From NCBI GenBank assembly GCA_965202985.1, contig CBDBCF010000001.1:1024001-1088000 (forward strand): DNA of 64,000 bases. The letters are read 5' to 3'. The position numbers and the translations under genes were made by a program. The notes below the pieces were generated by a model, which was not told where the DNA came from, ran no database searches, and worked only from the letters and a program-made list of their open reading frames with translations. Below, piece after piece: positions 38,328-49,847 of this stretch; positions within the stretch are counted from its first letter, which is position 1, and each line of letters starts with the position of its first letter. The stretch comes from Longimicrobiales bacterium. Its GTDB lineage: Bacteria; Gemmatimonadota; Gemmatimonadetes; Longimicrobiales; Gaopeijiaceae.

Positions 38328-39241
38328 GCGCGACCCGAGCGCTGACGGTCATGGAGGTCGTCCGTCGGAGCGGCGCCTACCTGGACGGCAAGGGCGTGGA
38401 GCAGGGCCGCCTGGACGCCGAGCTCGTCGTGGCCCACGTCCTGGGGTTCCCGCGCCTGGAGCTCTACCTGCGCTTCGACCGCCCCATGTCCGAGGACGAG
38501 CTGGCCCGGTGCCGGGCGTTGCTGCGCCGTCGCGGCGCCCGCGAGCCGCTCCAGTACGTGCTCGGCACGGCTCCCTTCCGCGAGCTGCACTTGGAGGTGG
38601 GGCCCGGCGTGGCGATCCCCCGACCCGAGACCGAGTACTTCCTGGACGCGCTGACCGCCCTGGCCGGCCCCGGTCGCACCTTCGGCGCCGCGCTGGACGT
38701 GGGCACGGGCTCGGGCGCCATCGCGCTGGCGCTGGCCGGCGAGGGGCTGGCCCGCACCGTGGTCGCCACCGACGTTTCCCCCCAGGCCTTGGCGGCGGCT
38801 CGGCGGAACGCGCGGGCGGCGGGCGTGCCCGGGGTCGACTTTCGCTCGGGCCACCTGTTGGAGCCCGTCGCCGGCGAGACGTTCGACCTGGTGCTGTCCA
38901 ACCCCCCCTACGTGACCGACGGCGAGTGGCGGTGCACGGCGCCCGAGGTGCGCGAGTGGGAGCCCCGCGAGGCGCTGGCGGCCGGCGCCGACGGACTGGG
39001 CGTGATCCGCGAGCTGGCCCCCGCCATGATGGGGGCGCTTCGCCCCGGCGGGTGGGCCGGACTGGAAGTGGGACGAACCCAGACCGAAGCCGCGGCGGCC
39101 CTCTTCCGACGGTGCGACGGAAACGCGCGAGTCGTGGTCAGGGAAGACCTGGCAGGCTTGCCGCGCTATGTTTTTTGCTCCGCTCCGTCGGTAGGCTCCG
39201 CCGCCCGGAACGGCTCCCGTCCGCCAGGAGACCCCGCGTGA
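38324..39241 (+). CDS. prmC: Release factor glutamine methyltransferase
   Basis: EPLQY, IPRPETE, DVGTGSG, SNPPY; follows prfA. Confidence 0.95.
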   Translation: MSATRALTVMEVVRRSGAYLDGKGVEQGRLDAELVVAHVLGFPRLELYLRFDRPMSEDELARCRALLRRRGAREPLQYVLGTAPFRELHLEVGPGVAIPRPETEYFLDALTALAGPGRTFGAALDVGTGSGAIALALAGEGLARTVVATDVSPQALAAARRNARAAGVPGVDFRSGHLLEPVAGETFDLVLSNPPYVTDGEWRCTAPEVREWEPREALAAGADGLGVIRELAPAMMGALRPGGWAGLEVGRTQTEAAAALFRRCDGNARVVVREDLAGLPRYVFCSAPSVGSAARNGSRPPGDPA

Positions 39242-39597
39242 ACGAAATCCACGACTTGGCGCTTTCCCTGGGCAAAGCCTTGGGAAGAACTCACGAATAC
39301 CGGACTCTGGCGAAGGCCAGCGAGAGCGCCGACGAAGACCGGGAGATCGTCGCCTTCAAGAACCAGGCCCGACGCCTGGAACAGTCGTTCCAGTCGGCGA
39401 TCGAGCGAGGCGAGGAACCGACCGACGTGGACCTGGCCGAGTACGAAGTCGTTGCGGGCAAGCTGCAGGCGTCTTCGGTCTACCAGAGCCTGGTCGCGGC
39501 GCAGGCCAACTTCGAGCGCGTCATGGCCAAGGTGGACGCCTCCATTCAAGAAGGAATGCGCGAGGGCGCGTCCTCCCGCATCATCCTTCCGTCCTGA
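39238..39597 (+). CDS. YlbF/YmcA-like helical regulator
   Basis: 119-aa helical protein LGKALGRTHEY...YQSLVAAQANF, C-terminal RIILPS; SD AGGAG. Confidence 0.65.
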   Translation: MNEIHDLALSLGKALGRTHEYRTLAKASESADEDREIVAFKNQARRLEQSFQSAIERGEEPTDVDLAEYEVVAGKLQASSVYQSLVAAQANFERVMAKVDASIQEGMREGASSRIILPS

Positions 39598-39605
39598 TCG
39601 GTCCC

Positions 39606-40345
39606 GTGGCGTCGGGCTCGGGCGCGCCCGAGAAGGGCCTCAAGGTCCTGCGGCGTCCGGTCTACGCCCTCATCGACCCCGCCGTGCGCGGGCTGGTTCG
39701 CGCCCGGGTCCACCCGAACGCCATCTCGGTGGCGGGGTTCCTGGTCACGTTGGCCGGCGCTTGGCTGTACTCCCAAGACCATGTCCGCACCGCCGGGTTC
39801 TGCATCCTCTTCGGCGGCCTGCTCGACGTCTTCGACGGGCGCGTGGCGCGCGTGTCGGGACTGGCGTCCAAGTTCGGCAACTTCTTCGACTCCACGCTGG
39901 ACCGAATCTCGGAGATCGCCATGTACTTGGGCCTCATGACGCTCTACAACGGCTACGGCGCCCGGATGGCGGAAGGCGTTCCGCCGGGGGGCGACGCCCT
40001 GCTGGCCGAGGGCTCCCGGCTTGCGGACATGTGGATGGTCTACGCAATCACCCTGGCCATGGGCGGGTCGCTCATGGTGAGCTACACGCGGGCCAAGGCC
40101 GAGGCGCTGGGCTTCGACTGCTCGGTGGGCTTCATGCAGCGCGCCGAGCGAATCGTGCTCCTGGGCTTGGCGTCCCTGGTCTTCGGTCTGGCGTGGGGCG
40201 GCGCGGTGCTGAGTCTGGTCATCGTCGTCGTGGCCGTCCTGGCCAACTTCACCGCGGTCCACCGCATCGCGTGGGTGTTCCGGCGAGGCGCCGGCGTGCC
40301 GCTCGACCACGGACCCGCAAGCAACGGCGACGCCGCCGGAAAGGA

Positions 40346-40349
<4 letters not shown>
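39606..40349 (+). CDS. CDP-alcohol phosphatidyltransferase (phosphatidylinositol-phosphate synthase-like)
   Basis: HPNAIS, DVFDGRVAR...GNFFDSTLD signature, SYTRAKAE, R.ER. Confidence 0.9.
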
Positions 40350-41674
<1,325 letters not shown>

Positions 41675-41703
41675 GCGCGGGCGACGGAGGAGGAGGGGCG
41701 AGC

Positions 41704-42381
41704 ATCGGCGCCGCCAAGGGCCGCTTCATCGTCATCGAGGGCGGCGAGGGCTCGGGCAAGTCGACTCAAGTGCGCAGGCTGGGGGCGTTCCTTCGCGCCC
41801 GGGGCTTGCCGGTGGTGGAGACCCGCGAACCCGGCGGCACGCCCGTGGGCGAGCGGATCCGGGAAGTGGTCTTGGGCGGCGGCAGCGCCCGCAACGCGAA
41901 CAAGGCGCCGGACGACTTGGAGATGCCGACGGCCACCGAGGTGTTCCTCATCTTGGCGGCTCGCGCGGCGTTCGTGCAGCACGTCGTGGCGCCCGCGCTC
42001 GCCCTGGGCAAGTGGGTCGTCTCGGACCGCTTCGACCTGAGCACCTTCGCCTACCAGGGCTACGGCCGGGGCGTCCCCATGGAGCAGTTGGAGCGCCTGA
42101 ACCGCTACGCCGCGGGCGGCCTCCAGCCGGACCTCTACATCGTGCTGGACCTGCCGGTGCAGGAAGGCCTGGCCCGTCACGCCAAAGACGGCAAGCCCAA
42201 GGACCGCTTCGAATCGGGCGGCGCGGACTTCCTGAACCGAGTGTCGGAAGGCTATCTTGCACTGGCCCGGTCCACGCCGCAAGCCGTCGCAGTGCCCGCA
42301 AGCGGCAGCATGGACGCCGTGGCCGAACGGGTTCGACAAGTTGTAGAAGGCAGGTTTGCACGAGGTCGGGAGACGTCATGA
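41704..42381 (+). CDS. tmk: Thymidylate kinase (no canonical start; ATC 41704 or ATA 41671 inferred)
   Basis: FIVIEGGEGSGKST, TREPGG, SDRF..ST.AYQG, PDL..LD, DRFE. Confidence 0.9.
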   Translation: MGAAKGRFIVIEGGEGSGKSTQVRRLGAFLRARGLPVVETREPGGTPVGERIREVVLGGGSARNANKAPDDLEMPTATEVFLILAARAAFVQHVVAPALALGKWVVSDRFDLSTFAYQGYGRGVPMEQLERLNRYAAGGLQPDLYIVLDLPVQEGLARHAKDGKPKDRFESGGADFLNRVSEGYLALARSTPQAVAVPASGSMDAVAERVRQVVEGRFARGRETS

Positions 42382-42515
42382 GCCAGAGCACCGGGGCAGT
42401 GTACCATCGCTGTGCGCTGCAGGTCAATCCTCACGACTACCGGGCGACTTTCCGCGGTCAACGAGCCGGCGGCAGAGAGGCGTTCGAACACCGACGTCGA
42501 AAGTATGGATTCTAG
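42378..42515 (+). pseudogene. 45-codon stub resembling the N-terminus of PHP-domain / AAA-ATPase (TrlF/Ppl-like) proteins
   Basis: ATGA overlap with tmk, SD GGAG; GAVYHRCALQVNP..Y...FRG recalled as the start of that family; resemblance stops after about 28 aa. Confidence 0.45.
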
Positions 42516-42528
42516 GAGTCGGTAGAGA

Positions 42529-43755
42529 ATGAACCGGACGATACTCCACGACTTGGTTGTAAATGGCGAGAATTCGCTAGTCGAGTTTGGGCGCGACGAC
42601 GTGCGCAAAGAAGACTTGGCCAAGGAAATGGTGGCATTGCTCAACCTGGAGGGTGGACACGTTTTGTTGGGAGTGGAAGACGATGGCAGCATAAGCGGAC
42701 TAGCGAGAAGCCCGGCGGAGACGGAGGAATGGGTGATGAACATTGCGCGAGACTTGGTTCAACCTGGCTTTGTTCCGACTTGGCAATGCGTGAAAATGAA
42801 CGATAATGTGGTTGTTGGGGTGATAGGGCTTTCGGCGGACAGCCCCGACAAGCCCTACAGAGCTCGGCGAAGCGGGGCTTGGACCACCTTCCTGCGAGTA
42901 GGGACGATTTCCAGGATGGCCAGCAGAGAAGAGGATGGCAGACTGTATCAATCTTCTCACGTGATGCGTTACGATACACGACCCGTTCTGGGAACGTCCT
43001 TGGAGGACATCGATGCCGAACGCGTTCGGAACTACCTCCGAGACATCCAAGGAAGGGTGGCTGTTCCTTCCACGAAGGAGGACCGAGATTGGCGACGACT
43101 GCTGGCGAACATCGACGTGCTGGACGGCGCCAAGACGACATCGTCCGTGACGGTGGCCGGCCTGCTCCTGTTCGGTCTCAACCCGTCTCGACGCCTTCCC
43201 CAGTCCGGCATTTCGGCGTGGTCCTTTCCAGGCATCGAGAAGGACTACAACACCACCGACGAGGAGGTGATTCGCGGGCCACTGGTTTCGCTTGGAGGTG
43301 GCAACGACACGGTCGCCAAAGGCGTGATCGATCGGGCAGTGGATTTTGTTAAGCGCAACATGGGAACGACAGCTTGGCTTGAAGGAGCTCGCCGGCAGCG
43401 GAAGCCGGCATTTCCGGTGGAGACGATCCGGGAAGCGATCGTCAACGCGGTTGCGCATCGCGACTACACGCTGGCTCACACGGACGTAGAGGTGTCCATG
43501 TACGAGGACCGGATGGAGGTGATCTCGCCGGGACGGCTGCCGAACGGCGTAACCGTGCAGAAGATGGCAGACGGCTTGCGGGCGGCAAGGAACGAAATGC
43601 TCAAGGATGTGCTGCGCGACTATGGGTACGTGGAGCACATGGGCTTGGGCGTGCGCAATCGGATCATCGGCGCCATGCGGAAGCACAACGGGACCGAGCC
43701 GGACTTGGTCGAAGAGGAGAGCCGCTTTATTGTTCGGCTCTGGAAGCAAGCCTAG
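42529..43755 (+). CDS. Schlafen/AlbA_2 domain protein with RecG-C-like (HATPase_c_4) domain
   Basis: GENSLVEF, ALLNLEGG.VLLGVEDDG; REAIVNAVAHRDY, ISPG.LP, RN, GYVE..GLG; more AT-rich; SD AGGAG. Confidence 0.85.
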   Translation: MNRTILHDLVVNGENSLVEFGRDDVRKEDLAKEMVALLNLEGGHVLLGVEDDGSISGLARSPAETEEWVMNIARDLVQPGFVPTWQCVKMNDNVVVGVIGLSADSPDKPYRARRSGAWTTFLRVGTISRMASREEDGRLYQSSHVMRYDTRPVLGTSLEDIDAERVRNYLRDIQGRVAVPSTKEDRDWRRLLANIDVLDGAKTTSSVTVAGLLLFGLNPSRRLPQSGISAWSFPGIEKDYNTTDEEVIRGPLVSLGGGNDTVAKGVIDRAVDFVKRNMGTTAWLEGARRQRKPAFPVETIREAIVNAVAHRDYTLAHTDVEVSMYEDRMEVISPGRLPNGVTVQKMADGLRAARNEMLKDVLRDYGYVEHMGLGVRNRIIGAMRKHNGTEPDLVEEESRFIVRLWKQA

Positions 43756-43770
43756 GAGAGGACGCGCGTC

Positions 43771-45468
43771 ATGAAGTTCGGGAAATACTTGGCCGTGGCC
43801 GCCATGGCCGTGTCGCTGGCGGCGGCTGGCAGCGGCGGCTGGCTCCTTCAGCGGATGGCGCCCCCGTTGGAGCTTGGCGGGGAGGGGGTGCGGCAGGGGC
43901 AGGCGTCCTCGCGGGAGCTGCTCGAAGAGATCGTGCGGCGCATCGAGCTGGAGTACGTGGACGGGCTGGCGCGCGACAGCCTCTACCAAGCGGCGATTCA
44001 CGGCGTCCTGGAACGGCTGGGCGATCCGAACAGCCAGTTCGTGGAGGCGTCCGACTGGGAAGACGTGCGCATCCGCCACCACGGCGAGTACGGCGGCGTG
44101 GGGTTGGAGGTGCACGACCGCGACGGCTTCATCACCGTGGTGGCGCCCATTCCCGGCTCTCCGGGGGCCCGGGCCGGCCTGCGTCCCGGCGACCGCATCG
44201 TCGAGGTGGACGGCACGTCCGTGGAAGGCTGGCTCACCGACCAGGCGGTGGAGCTGCTTCGCGGCAAGCCCGGTACGGCGGTGCGGATCGGCGTCCGGCG
44301 CCTGGGGATCGAGACGGTCGTCCCGTTCGAGATCACCCGCGCCGTAATCCACGTCCCGTCCGTGCCCTTCGCAATGGTGCTGGACGGCGGCGTCGGCTAC
44401 GTGCCCCTGCAGGGCTTCAACGGGACCACCACCGAAGAGGTGCGGGCCGCCGTGGATTCGCTCGTCGAAGAAGGCGCGTCGTCGCTGGTCCTGGACTTGC
44501 GCCGGAACCCCGGCGGCCTGCTGGACGAGGGCGTGGGCGTGTCCGACCTGTTCTTGGACCGGGGCAAGGACGTGGTCGAGATTCGGGCACGAGGCGCGGA
44601 GCCCGAGACCTACCGAGCCACGACGCGCCAGGGGTACGCCGACCTTCCGCTGGTGGTGCTGGTGGGCCACGGCAGCGCCTCCGCCGCCGAGATCGTGGCC
44701 GGGGCGCTTCAGGATCACGACCGAGCGCTGGTGATCGGCGCGCCCACCTTCGGCAAGGGGTCGGTCCAGACGCTGTTCCCCTTGTCGGCGGGGAACGTGC
44801 TGCGGCTGACGACGGCCCGCTGGTTCACGCCCTCGGGACGTTCCATCCAAAGCGACCCGTCGGCGCGGCGGGCGGCCCGGGAAGACGCCGCGATCACGTT
44901 GGACGGAAGCTGGGCGGAACTGCCCGACTTGGAAGGAAAGCCGCAGTTCGCGTCGTCGGGCGGACGGCTCCTCTACGGCGGGGGCGGCATCGTGCCCGAC
45001 CTCTGGGTCGTCCCGGACACCCTTTCCGAAGGGGAGTACGCGGCGGTGCGCACCGTCTTCGCCGCGGGCGGCAACTTCTTCACGGCCTTGGTGAACTGGG
45101 CTGTGGCCTACATCCAGGAGCGCCCCGAGCTGGCGCCCGACTTCGTGGTCACGGAAGACGACCTGCGGTCCCTCCATGCCGCCATGGTGGAGCGCGGCGC
45201 CGAAGTGTCGTTCGACGAGCTGCTCGGCGCGCGGCGCTACGTGGAGCACCACGTGGGCGCCGAAGTCGCGTTGCAGGCATGGGACGACCAGGGCCAGTTC
45301 AGCCGCCGGGCCGAACAGGACGGCGCCTTGCAGAGGGCGCTGGAGCTGTTGGCCGCGGCCTCGGACCAGGAGGACCTCTTCGTGCGCGCGGGTTCGCCGC
45401 TGGCCGCAGCGGACGCCGTCGAAAGCGAGGCCGATTCGGTCATGGAAGCGCCCAATTTTCGGCGGTAG
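43771..45468 (+). CDS. S41 carboxy-terminal processing protease with PDZ domain
   Basis: Signal anchor, YGGVG, PDZ (GDRI..VDG), LDLRRNPGGLL, SASAAEI, TFGKGSVQ, GGGIVPD. Confidence 0.93.
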   Translation: MKFGKYLAVAAMAVSLAAAGSGGWLLQRMAPPLELGGEGVRQGQASSRELLEEIVRRIELEYVDGLARDSLYQAAIHGVLERLGDPNSQFVEASDWEDVRIRHHGEYGGVGLEVHDRDGFITVVAPIPGSPGARAGLRPGDRIVEVDGTSVEGWLTDQAVELLRGKPGTAVRIGVRRLGIETVVPFEITRAVIHVPSVPFAMVLDGGVGYVPLQGFNGTTTEEVRAAVDSLVEEGASSLVLDLRRNPGGLLDEGVGVSDLFLDRGKDVVEIRARGAEPETYRATTRQGYADLPLVVLVGHGSASAAEIVAGALQDHDRALVIGAPTFGKGSVQTLFPLSAGNVLRLTTARWFTPSGRSIQSDPSARRAAREDAAITLDGSWAELPDLEGKPQFASSGGRLLYGGGGIVPDLWVVPDTLSEGEYAAVRTVFAAGGNFFTALVNWAVAYIQERPELAPDFVVTEDDLRSLHAAMVERGAEVSFDELLGARRYVEHHVGAEVALQAWDDQGQFSRRAEQDGALQRALELLAAASDQEDLFVRAGSPLAAADAVESEADSVMEAPNFRR

Positions 45469-45480
45469 GATTTAGGCGTC

Positions 45481-46449
45481 CTGGAAATCGCGGTCGTTCG
45501 GGGCGGGGTTGTCGAGTCCCGCCACCGGGTTCACGCCGTCGTCGCGGAGGCGTCGGGTCGAGTGGTCCGCGCTTGGGGCGACGCCGGTCGGGTCACGTTG
45601 CTTCGGTCGGCGGCCAAGCCCTTTCAAGCGCTGCCCCTGGCCGACGACGGGGCGGCGGACCGTTTCGGCCTCACGGAAGAGGAGATTGCCCTGTGTTGCG
45701 GGTCACACAACGCGGAAGAGCGCCACCTGGAGGGGGTTCGGTCGATCTTGGCGAAGGTCGGGCTGCCGGAGTCGGCGCTGGCGTGCGGCCCCCACCGCCC
45801 TCTGCTGAGCGCGCGCGCCCGAGCCATGGCGGAGGCTGGCATCCCGCTCACGCCCATCGTCAGCAACTGCTCGGGCAAGCACGCCGGCATGTTGGCGCTG
45901 GCGGTTCACCACGGCTGGCCGGCGGAGGACTACCAGCGGTTCGGGCACCCGGTGCAGGTGCGCATCGGACGCGAGGTGTCGCGTTGGACCGACGTTCCCG
46001 CGGCAGACGCGGGCCAAGCCGTGGACGGCTGCGGGGTCCCCTGCTTCGCGGTCCCCTTGGAGCGCGCGGCCGTGGCGGCTGCCCGGCTGTCGGAGGCGGC
46101 GCGGGGACCGGGGCCGGTTCGCCGGATCGTGACCGCCATGACCGGCCGGCCCTTCATGGTGGCGGGCACGAAGCGGCTGTGCACCCGTCTCATGGAAGAG
46201 GAGGACGGCCGCCTCTTCGCCAAGGTGGGCGCGGAGGGCGTGTACTTGGCGGGCGACTTGGAGTGCGGACTGGGGGTCGCTCTCAAGGTGGAGGACGGGG
46301 CGTGGCGGGCCGCTCCTCCGGCGCTGATTGCGGTCCTGGACCAAGCGGGACTCCTGTCGGACGGCGCGCGGGCCGCGTTGGCCGAGTTCGCGACGCCCGC
46401 GCTGACCAACACGCTGAACGACGTGGTGGGCCGAATACAGGTCCAGTGA
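45481..46449 (+). CDS. Asparaginase of the Rhizobium AnsA/ReAV type (start inferred at CTG 45481)
   Basis: RGGVVESRH, RSAAKPFQA, CGSH, NCSGKH, DGCG, AKVGAEG, KVEDG. Confidence 0.85.
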   Translation: MEIAVVRGGVVESRHRVHAVVAEASGRVVRAWGDAGRVTLLRSAAKPFQALPLADDGAADRFGLTEEEIALCCGSHNAEERHLEGVRSILAKVGLPESALACGPHRPLLSARARAMAEAGIPLTPIVSNCSGKHAGMLALAVHHGWPAEDYQRFGHPVQVRIGREVSRWTDVPAADAGQAVDGCGVPCFAVPLERAAVAAARLSEAARGPGPVRRIVTAMTGRPFMVAGTKRLCTRLMEEEDGRLFAKVGAEGVYLAGDLECGLGVALKVEDGAWRAAPPALIAVLDQAGLLSDGARAALAEFATPALTNTLNDVVGRIQVQ

Positions 46450-46462
46450 GGGCCTGACCCGC

Positions 46463-47485
46463 ATGTTCGTCGATTCGGTGGCGGTCGAGGTGCGGGGCGG
46501 AGCCGGGGGTTCCGGCGCCGAGGCGTTTCGGCGGGAGAAGGGCGTCCCCAGAGGCGGGCCGGCGGGGGGCGACGGCGGAAAGGGGGGCAACGTGGTGCTG
46601 GTGGCGGACCCCGGACTGGCCACGCTGGTGGACTTCCGGTACCGGCGGCACCACCGGGCGGAGCGGGGGCAGCACGGAAGCGGCTTCAACCGGACGGGTC
46701 GGAGCGGCCGCGACTTGGAGCTGACCGTGCCGCCGGGCACCGCCGCCGTGGACGACGCCACCGGCCAAGTCCTGGGCGAACTGGTGACGGCGGAAGATCG
46801 GCTGGTGGTGGCCAAGGGCGGCCGCGGCGGACGGGGGAACGCGCGGTTCGCGTCCGCCGTGCGCCAAGCGCCGCGCCGTTGGGAGCCCGGAGAAGAGGGC
46901 GAAGCCAGGCGGCTGCGGCTGGAGCTCAAGCTGATCGCCGACATCGGCTTGGTGGGCGAACCCAACGCGGGCAAGTCCACCCTGCTCTCGCGGGTCAGTG
47001 GCGCGCGCCCCAAGATCGCCGGCTATCCGTTCACCACCTTGTCGCCCCAGCTGGGAGTGGCCGAGCTGCCCGGCTACCGCTCGCTGGTGGTGGCGGACAT
47101 CCCCGGCATCATCGAAGGCGCCCACGAAGGCAAGGGCCTGGGGCACCGGTTCCTGCGCCACATCGAACGCACGCGCGCCTTGGCCGTCCTGCTGCCCTCC
47201 GACGGGGGCGACCCGGCAGCCGCGCTTGCCGCCCTGCGCCACGAACTGGACCAGTATTCGCCACGGCTCTCGGCGCTGCCCTACGCGGTCGTCTTCTCCA
47301 AGGCCGACCTGCGCCCACCCGGCAGCCCCGCCCCGGACGTGGACGCCCCCCGAGCCTGGGGCGCGTATCACGTCAGCGCCGTGACCGGCCAAGGGTTGAA
47401 CGAGCTCTTGGAGGGCTGCTGGCGGCAGGTGGAGGCCGCGCGCGCCCAGGCTGCCCCGCCCGCGACGGAGGAGCCCGAATGGTAG
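46463..47485 (+). CDS. obgE: GTPase ObgE/CgtA
   Basis: MFVD, GGDGG.GG, GEPNAGKST, YPFTT, DIPG, FLRHIERT. Confidence 0.97.
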   Translation: MFVDSVAVEVRGGAGGSGAEAFRREKGVPRGGPAGGDGGKGGNVVLVADPGLATLVDFRYRRHHRAERGQHGSGFNRTGRSGRDLELTVPPGTAAVDDATGQVLGELVTAEDRLVVAKGGRGGRGNARFASAVRQAPRRWEPGEEGEARRLRLELKLIADIGLVGEPNAGKSTLLSRVSGARPKIAGYPFTTLSPQLGVAELPGYRSLVVADIPGIIEGAHEGKGLGHRFLRHIERTRALAVLLPSDGGDPAAALAALRHELDQYSPRLSALPYAVVFSKADLRPPGSPAPDVDAPRAWGAYHVSAVTGQGLNELLEGCWRQVEAARAQAAPPATEEPEW

Positions 47486-48555
47486 GCCCGAAGCGGCGTG
47501 CCCAACCCCCGCAGTCCGCTTGCGACGCCCTTGCTCTGCGTGGCCTGCGCGGCGTGGGCGCGGCCCGGTTCCGGGCGCTGGTGGACCACTTCGGCAGCCC
47601 CGCCGAGGCGCTGTCCGCAGGGACGCCCGAGTTCGCCGCCGTGGCCGGCAAGACGGCCGCGGACGCTCGCCGGAGCGGGCTCGCGGAAACGGCGGCACGC
47701 GCCCGCGAGGTGGCCGAGCAGAGCCTGGACGCCGGCATGACCCTGCTCGTCTACGGCGAGCCGGGCTATCCGGAGCGGCTGGGACACCTGTCGGACCCGC
47801 CTCCGGTCCTCTTCGCCCTGGGGGCCACGCGGTTGCTGGAGCTGCCCTGCGTGGCGGTCGTCGGCTCGCGACGGGCCACCGTCTACGGACGACGGGTGGC
47901 GCGGCGCCTGAGCGCGACTCTGGCGGCCGGCGGGCGCTGCGTGGTGTCGGGCATGGCGATGGGCGTGGACGCGGAGGCTCACCGAGGCGCCTTGCCGGGC
48001 CCCACGACGGCGGTCCTGGCCTCGGGCGCCGACGTGCCTTCGCCCCCGCGCAACGCCGGCCTCTACCGCGAGATCGCCGAACACGGGCTGATCCTCTCGG
48101 AGCACGGCCCCGGCGCGCGCGCCGAGCCCCACCACTTCCCCGTGCGCAACCGCATCATCGCCGCCCTGGCCCACGAGGTCGTGGTCGTGGAAGCGTCGAA
48201 GCGGAGCGGGGCCCTGATCACCGCCGCGCAGGCCCTGGACCTGGGCCGAGACGTGCGGGCCGTGCCGGGACCGATCGACCGCGCCACGAGCGAAGGCACG
48301 AACCGCCTCATCGCCGACGGCGCGGACCCGGTCCTGGGGTTGGAGCCCGAGGACGCCCTGGGCGCTCCGCAGAACCTGCCCGAAGAGCCGGAACTGCGCA
48401 GCCTGCTTCTGGCCGTGCCCGCCCACCCCGTCACCGTCGAGGAAGCCGCCCAGGCCGCGGGCCTGTCCGCCGACGTCGCGGCGACCTCCGCCACCGTGCT
48501 CGAGCTGCGCGGCTACCTGACTTCGACCCGCGACGGTCGGCTGACGAGGGCGTGA
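47479..48555 (+). CDS. dprA: DNA-processing protein DprA
   Basis: YPERL..L.DPP, AVVGSR, VSGMAMGVD..AH, FPVRNRII, SGALITA, AVPG. Confidence 0.92.
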   Translation: MVGPKRRAQPPQSACDALALRGLRGVGAARFRALVDHFGSPAEALSAGTPEFAAVAGKTAADARRSGLAETAARAREVAEQSLDAGMTLLVYGEPGYPERLGHLSDPPPVLFALGATRLLELPCVAVVGSRRATVYGRRVARRLSATLAAGGRCVVSGMAMGVDAEAHRGALPGPTTAVLASGADVPSPPRNAGLYREIAEHGLILSEHGPGARAEPHHFPVRNRIIAALAHEVVVVEASKRSGALITAAQALDLGRDVRAVPGPIDRATSEGTNRLIADGADPVLGLEPEDALGAPQNLPEEPELRSLLLAVPAHPVTVEEAAQAAGLSADVAATSATVLELRGYLTSTRDGRLTRA

Positions 48556-49847
48556 CGGCCCCGTCGGCAATCCGCCACGTCTACGTGCACGCGCCCTTCT
48601 GCGCGCGACGCTGCGTATACTGCGACTTCGCGGTCAAGGTGGACCGCACCCCGAACAGCCGTCGCTGGCTGGCCGCCGTCGCCGCGGAGTTCGAGGACCT
48701 GCAAGCCCGAGGCGCGGCGCCGTTGGCCCCGGTGCTGGACACGCTGTACGTGGGCGGCGGCACGCCGTCGCTTCTCTCGCCGCGGTTCACCGCCGACTTG
48801 GCAACGCTGCTGGGGAGGACCCGCACCGCCGGTGGGGAGCTGGAGTGGACCGTCGAAGCCAACCCCGAGTCGTTCGGCAGCGGCGTTGCGCGGGAGTGGG
48901 CCGCCGCAGGCGTGAACCGAGTGTCGCTGGGCGTGCAGAGCTTCGACCCCGACGCGCTCAAGTGGATGGGACGCCTTCACTCGCCCGCCGACGCCGGGAC
49001 CGCCGTGGAGCGGGCGCGGGCCGCGGGGGTCGCCAACGTGTCGATCGACCTGATCTTCGGGTTGCCGGACTCGGCGCCTCGTTCGTGGCCGGACGACTTG
49101 GAGCAGGCGCTGGCGTTGGACGCGCCTCACGTCTCGCTGTACGGCCTTGCGGTCGAGAAGGGCACGCGACTGTGCCGCCACGTGAGCGAGGGCCGGTCGC
49201 CCCCGCCCTCGGACAGCCGCTACGAAGAGGAATACCTGCTGGCCGCCCAAGTCCTGGCCGACGCCGGATACGACCACTACGAGGTGTCCAACTTCGCCCG
49301 CCCCGGCTTCGCATCGCGCCACAACCAGGCCTGCTGGAGCGGCGTCCCGTACCTGGGCCTGGGCAATGGCGCTCACAGCTTCCACGGCGGCCGCCGCTGG
49401 TGGAACGAGCGCGACTGGGACGCCTACGCAGCGGCAGTCGGGAACGGGGGCGACGCTCGTGGCGGCGAAGCGGGCGCCGAAACGCTGTCGGCCCGGCAGT
49501 CCAGGCTGGAGGCGATCTGGCTGGGACTACGAACCGCGAAGGGACTGGACCTGGGCCGCTTGACGGATGTAGACGCCGGGCCGGCGAACTCCTGCCATCC
49601 ACGTGGTACGGAGCCGCACGCAACACGGCCCAACGGCCTCCGGAGCAGGGAACCGGCGACGACCCCAGCCCGAAGTGCGGCCCGCCAAGTCGCCCAACGC
49701 TGGGAGGCTCGCGGACTGGCCTTCGCGGCCCCCGACCGCATCCGCCTGACGCCCAAGGGTTGGCTGGTTCTGGACGCCTTGGCGGTCGAGCTGGACGAGG
49801 CCGTGGAACCTTGGACTGTGGGGAGTACGCGCACGGCGGGAGTGTAG
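48552..49847 (+). CDS. hemW: Radical SAM heme chaperone HemW
   Basis: YVHAPFCARRCVYCDF, GGGTPS, EANP, SLGVQS, DLIFGLP, YEVSNF, HN. Confidence 0.92.
   Translation: MTAPSAIRHVYVHAPFCARRCVYCDFAVKVDRTPNSRRWLAAVAAEFEDLQARGAAPLAPVLDTLYVGGGTPSLLSPRFTADLATLLGRTRTAGGELEWTVEANPESFGSGVAREWAAAGVNRVSLGVQSFDPDALKWMGRLHSPADAGTAVERARAAGVANVSIDLIFGLPDSAPRSWPDDLEQALALDAPHVSLYGLAVEKGTRLCRHVSEGRSPPPSDSRYEEEYLLAAQVLADAGYDHYEVSNFARPGFASRHNQACWSGVPYLGLGNGAHSFHGGRRWWNERDWDAYAAAVGNGGDARGGEAGAETLSARQSRLEAIWLGLRTAKGLDLGRLTDVDAGPANSCHPRGTEPHATRPNGLRSREPATTPARSAARQVAQRWEARGLAFAAPDRIRLTPKGWLVLDALAVELDEAVEPWTVGSTRTAGV

Noticed and set aside
45466..45468. Pyrrolysine readthrough fusing the S41 protease and asparaginase
   Set aside because: No pyl genes in view, the TAG is not at a catalytic position, and an exported protease fused to a cytoplasmic enzyme is implausible; CTG initiation is simpler
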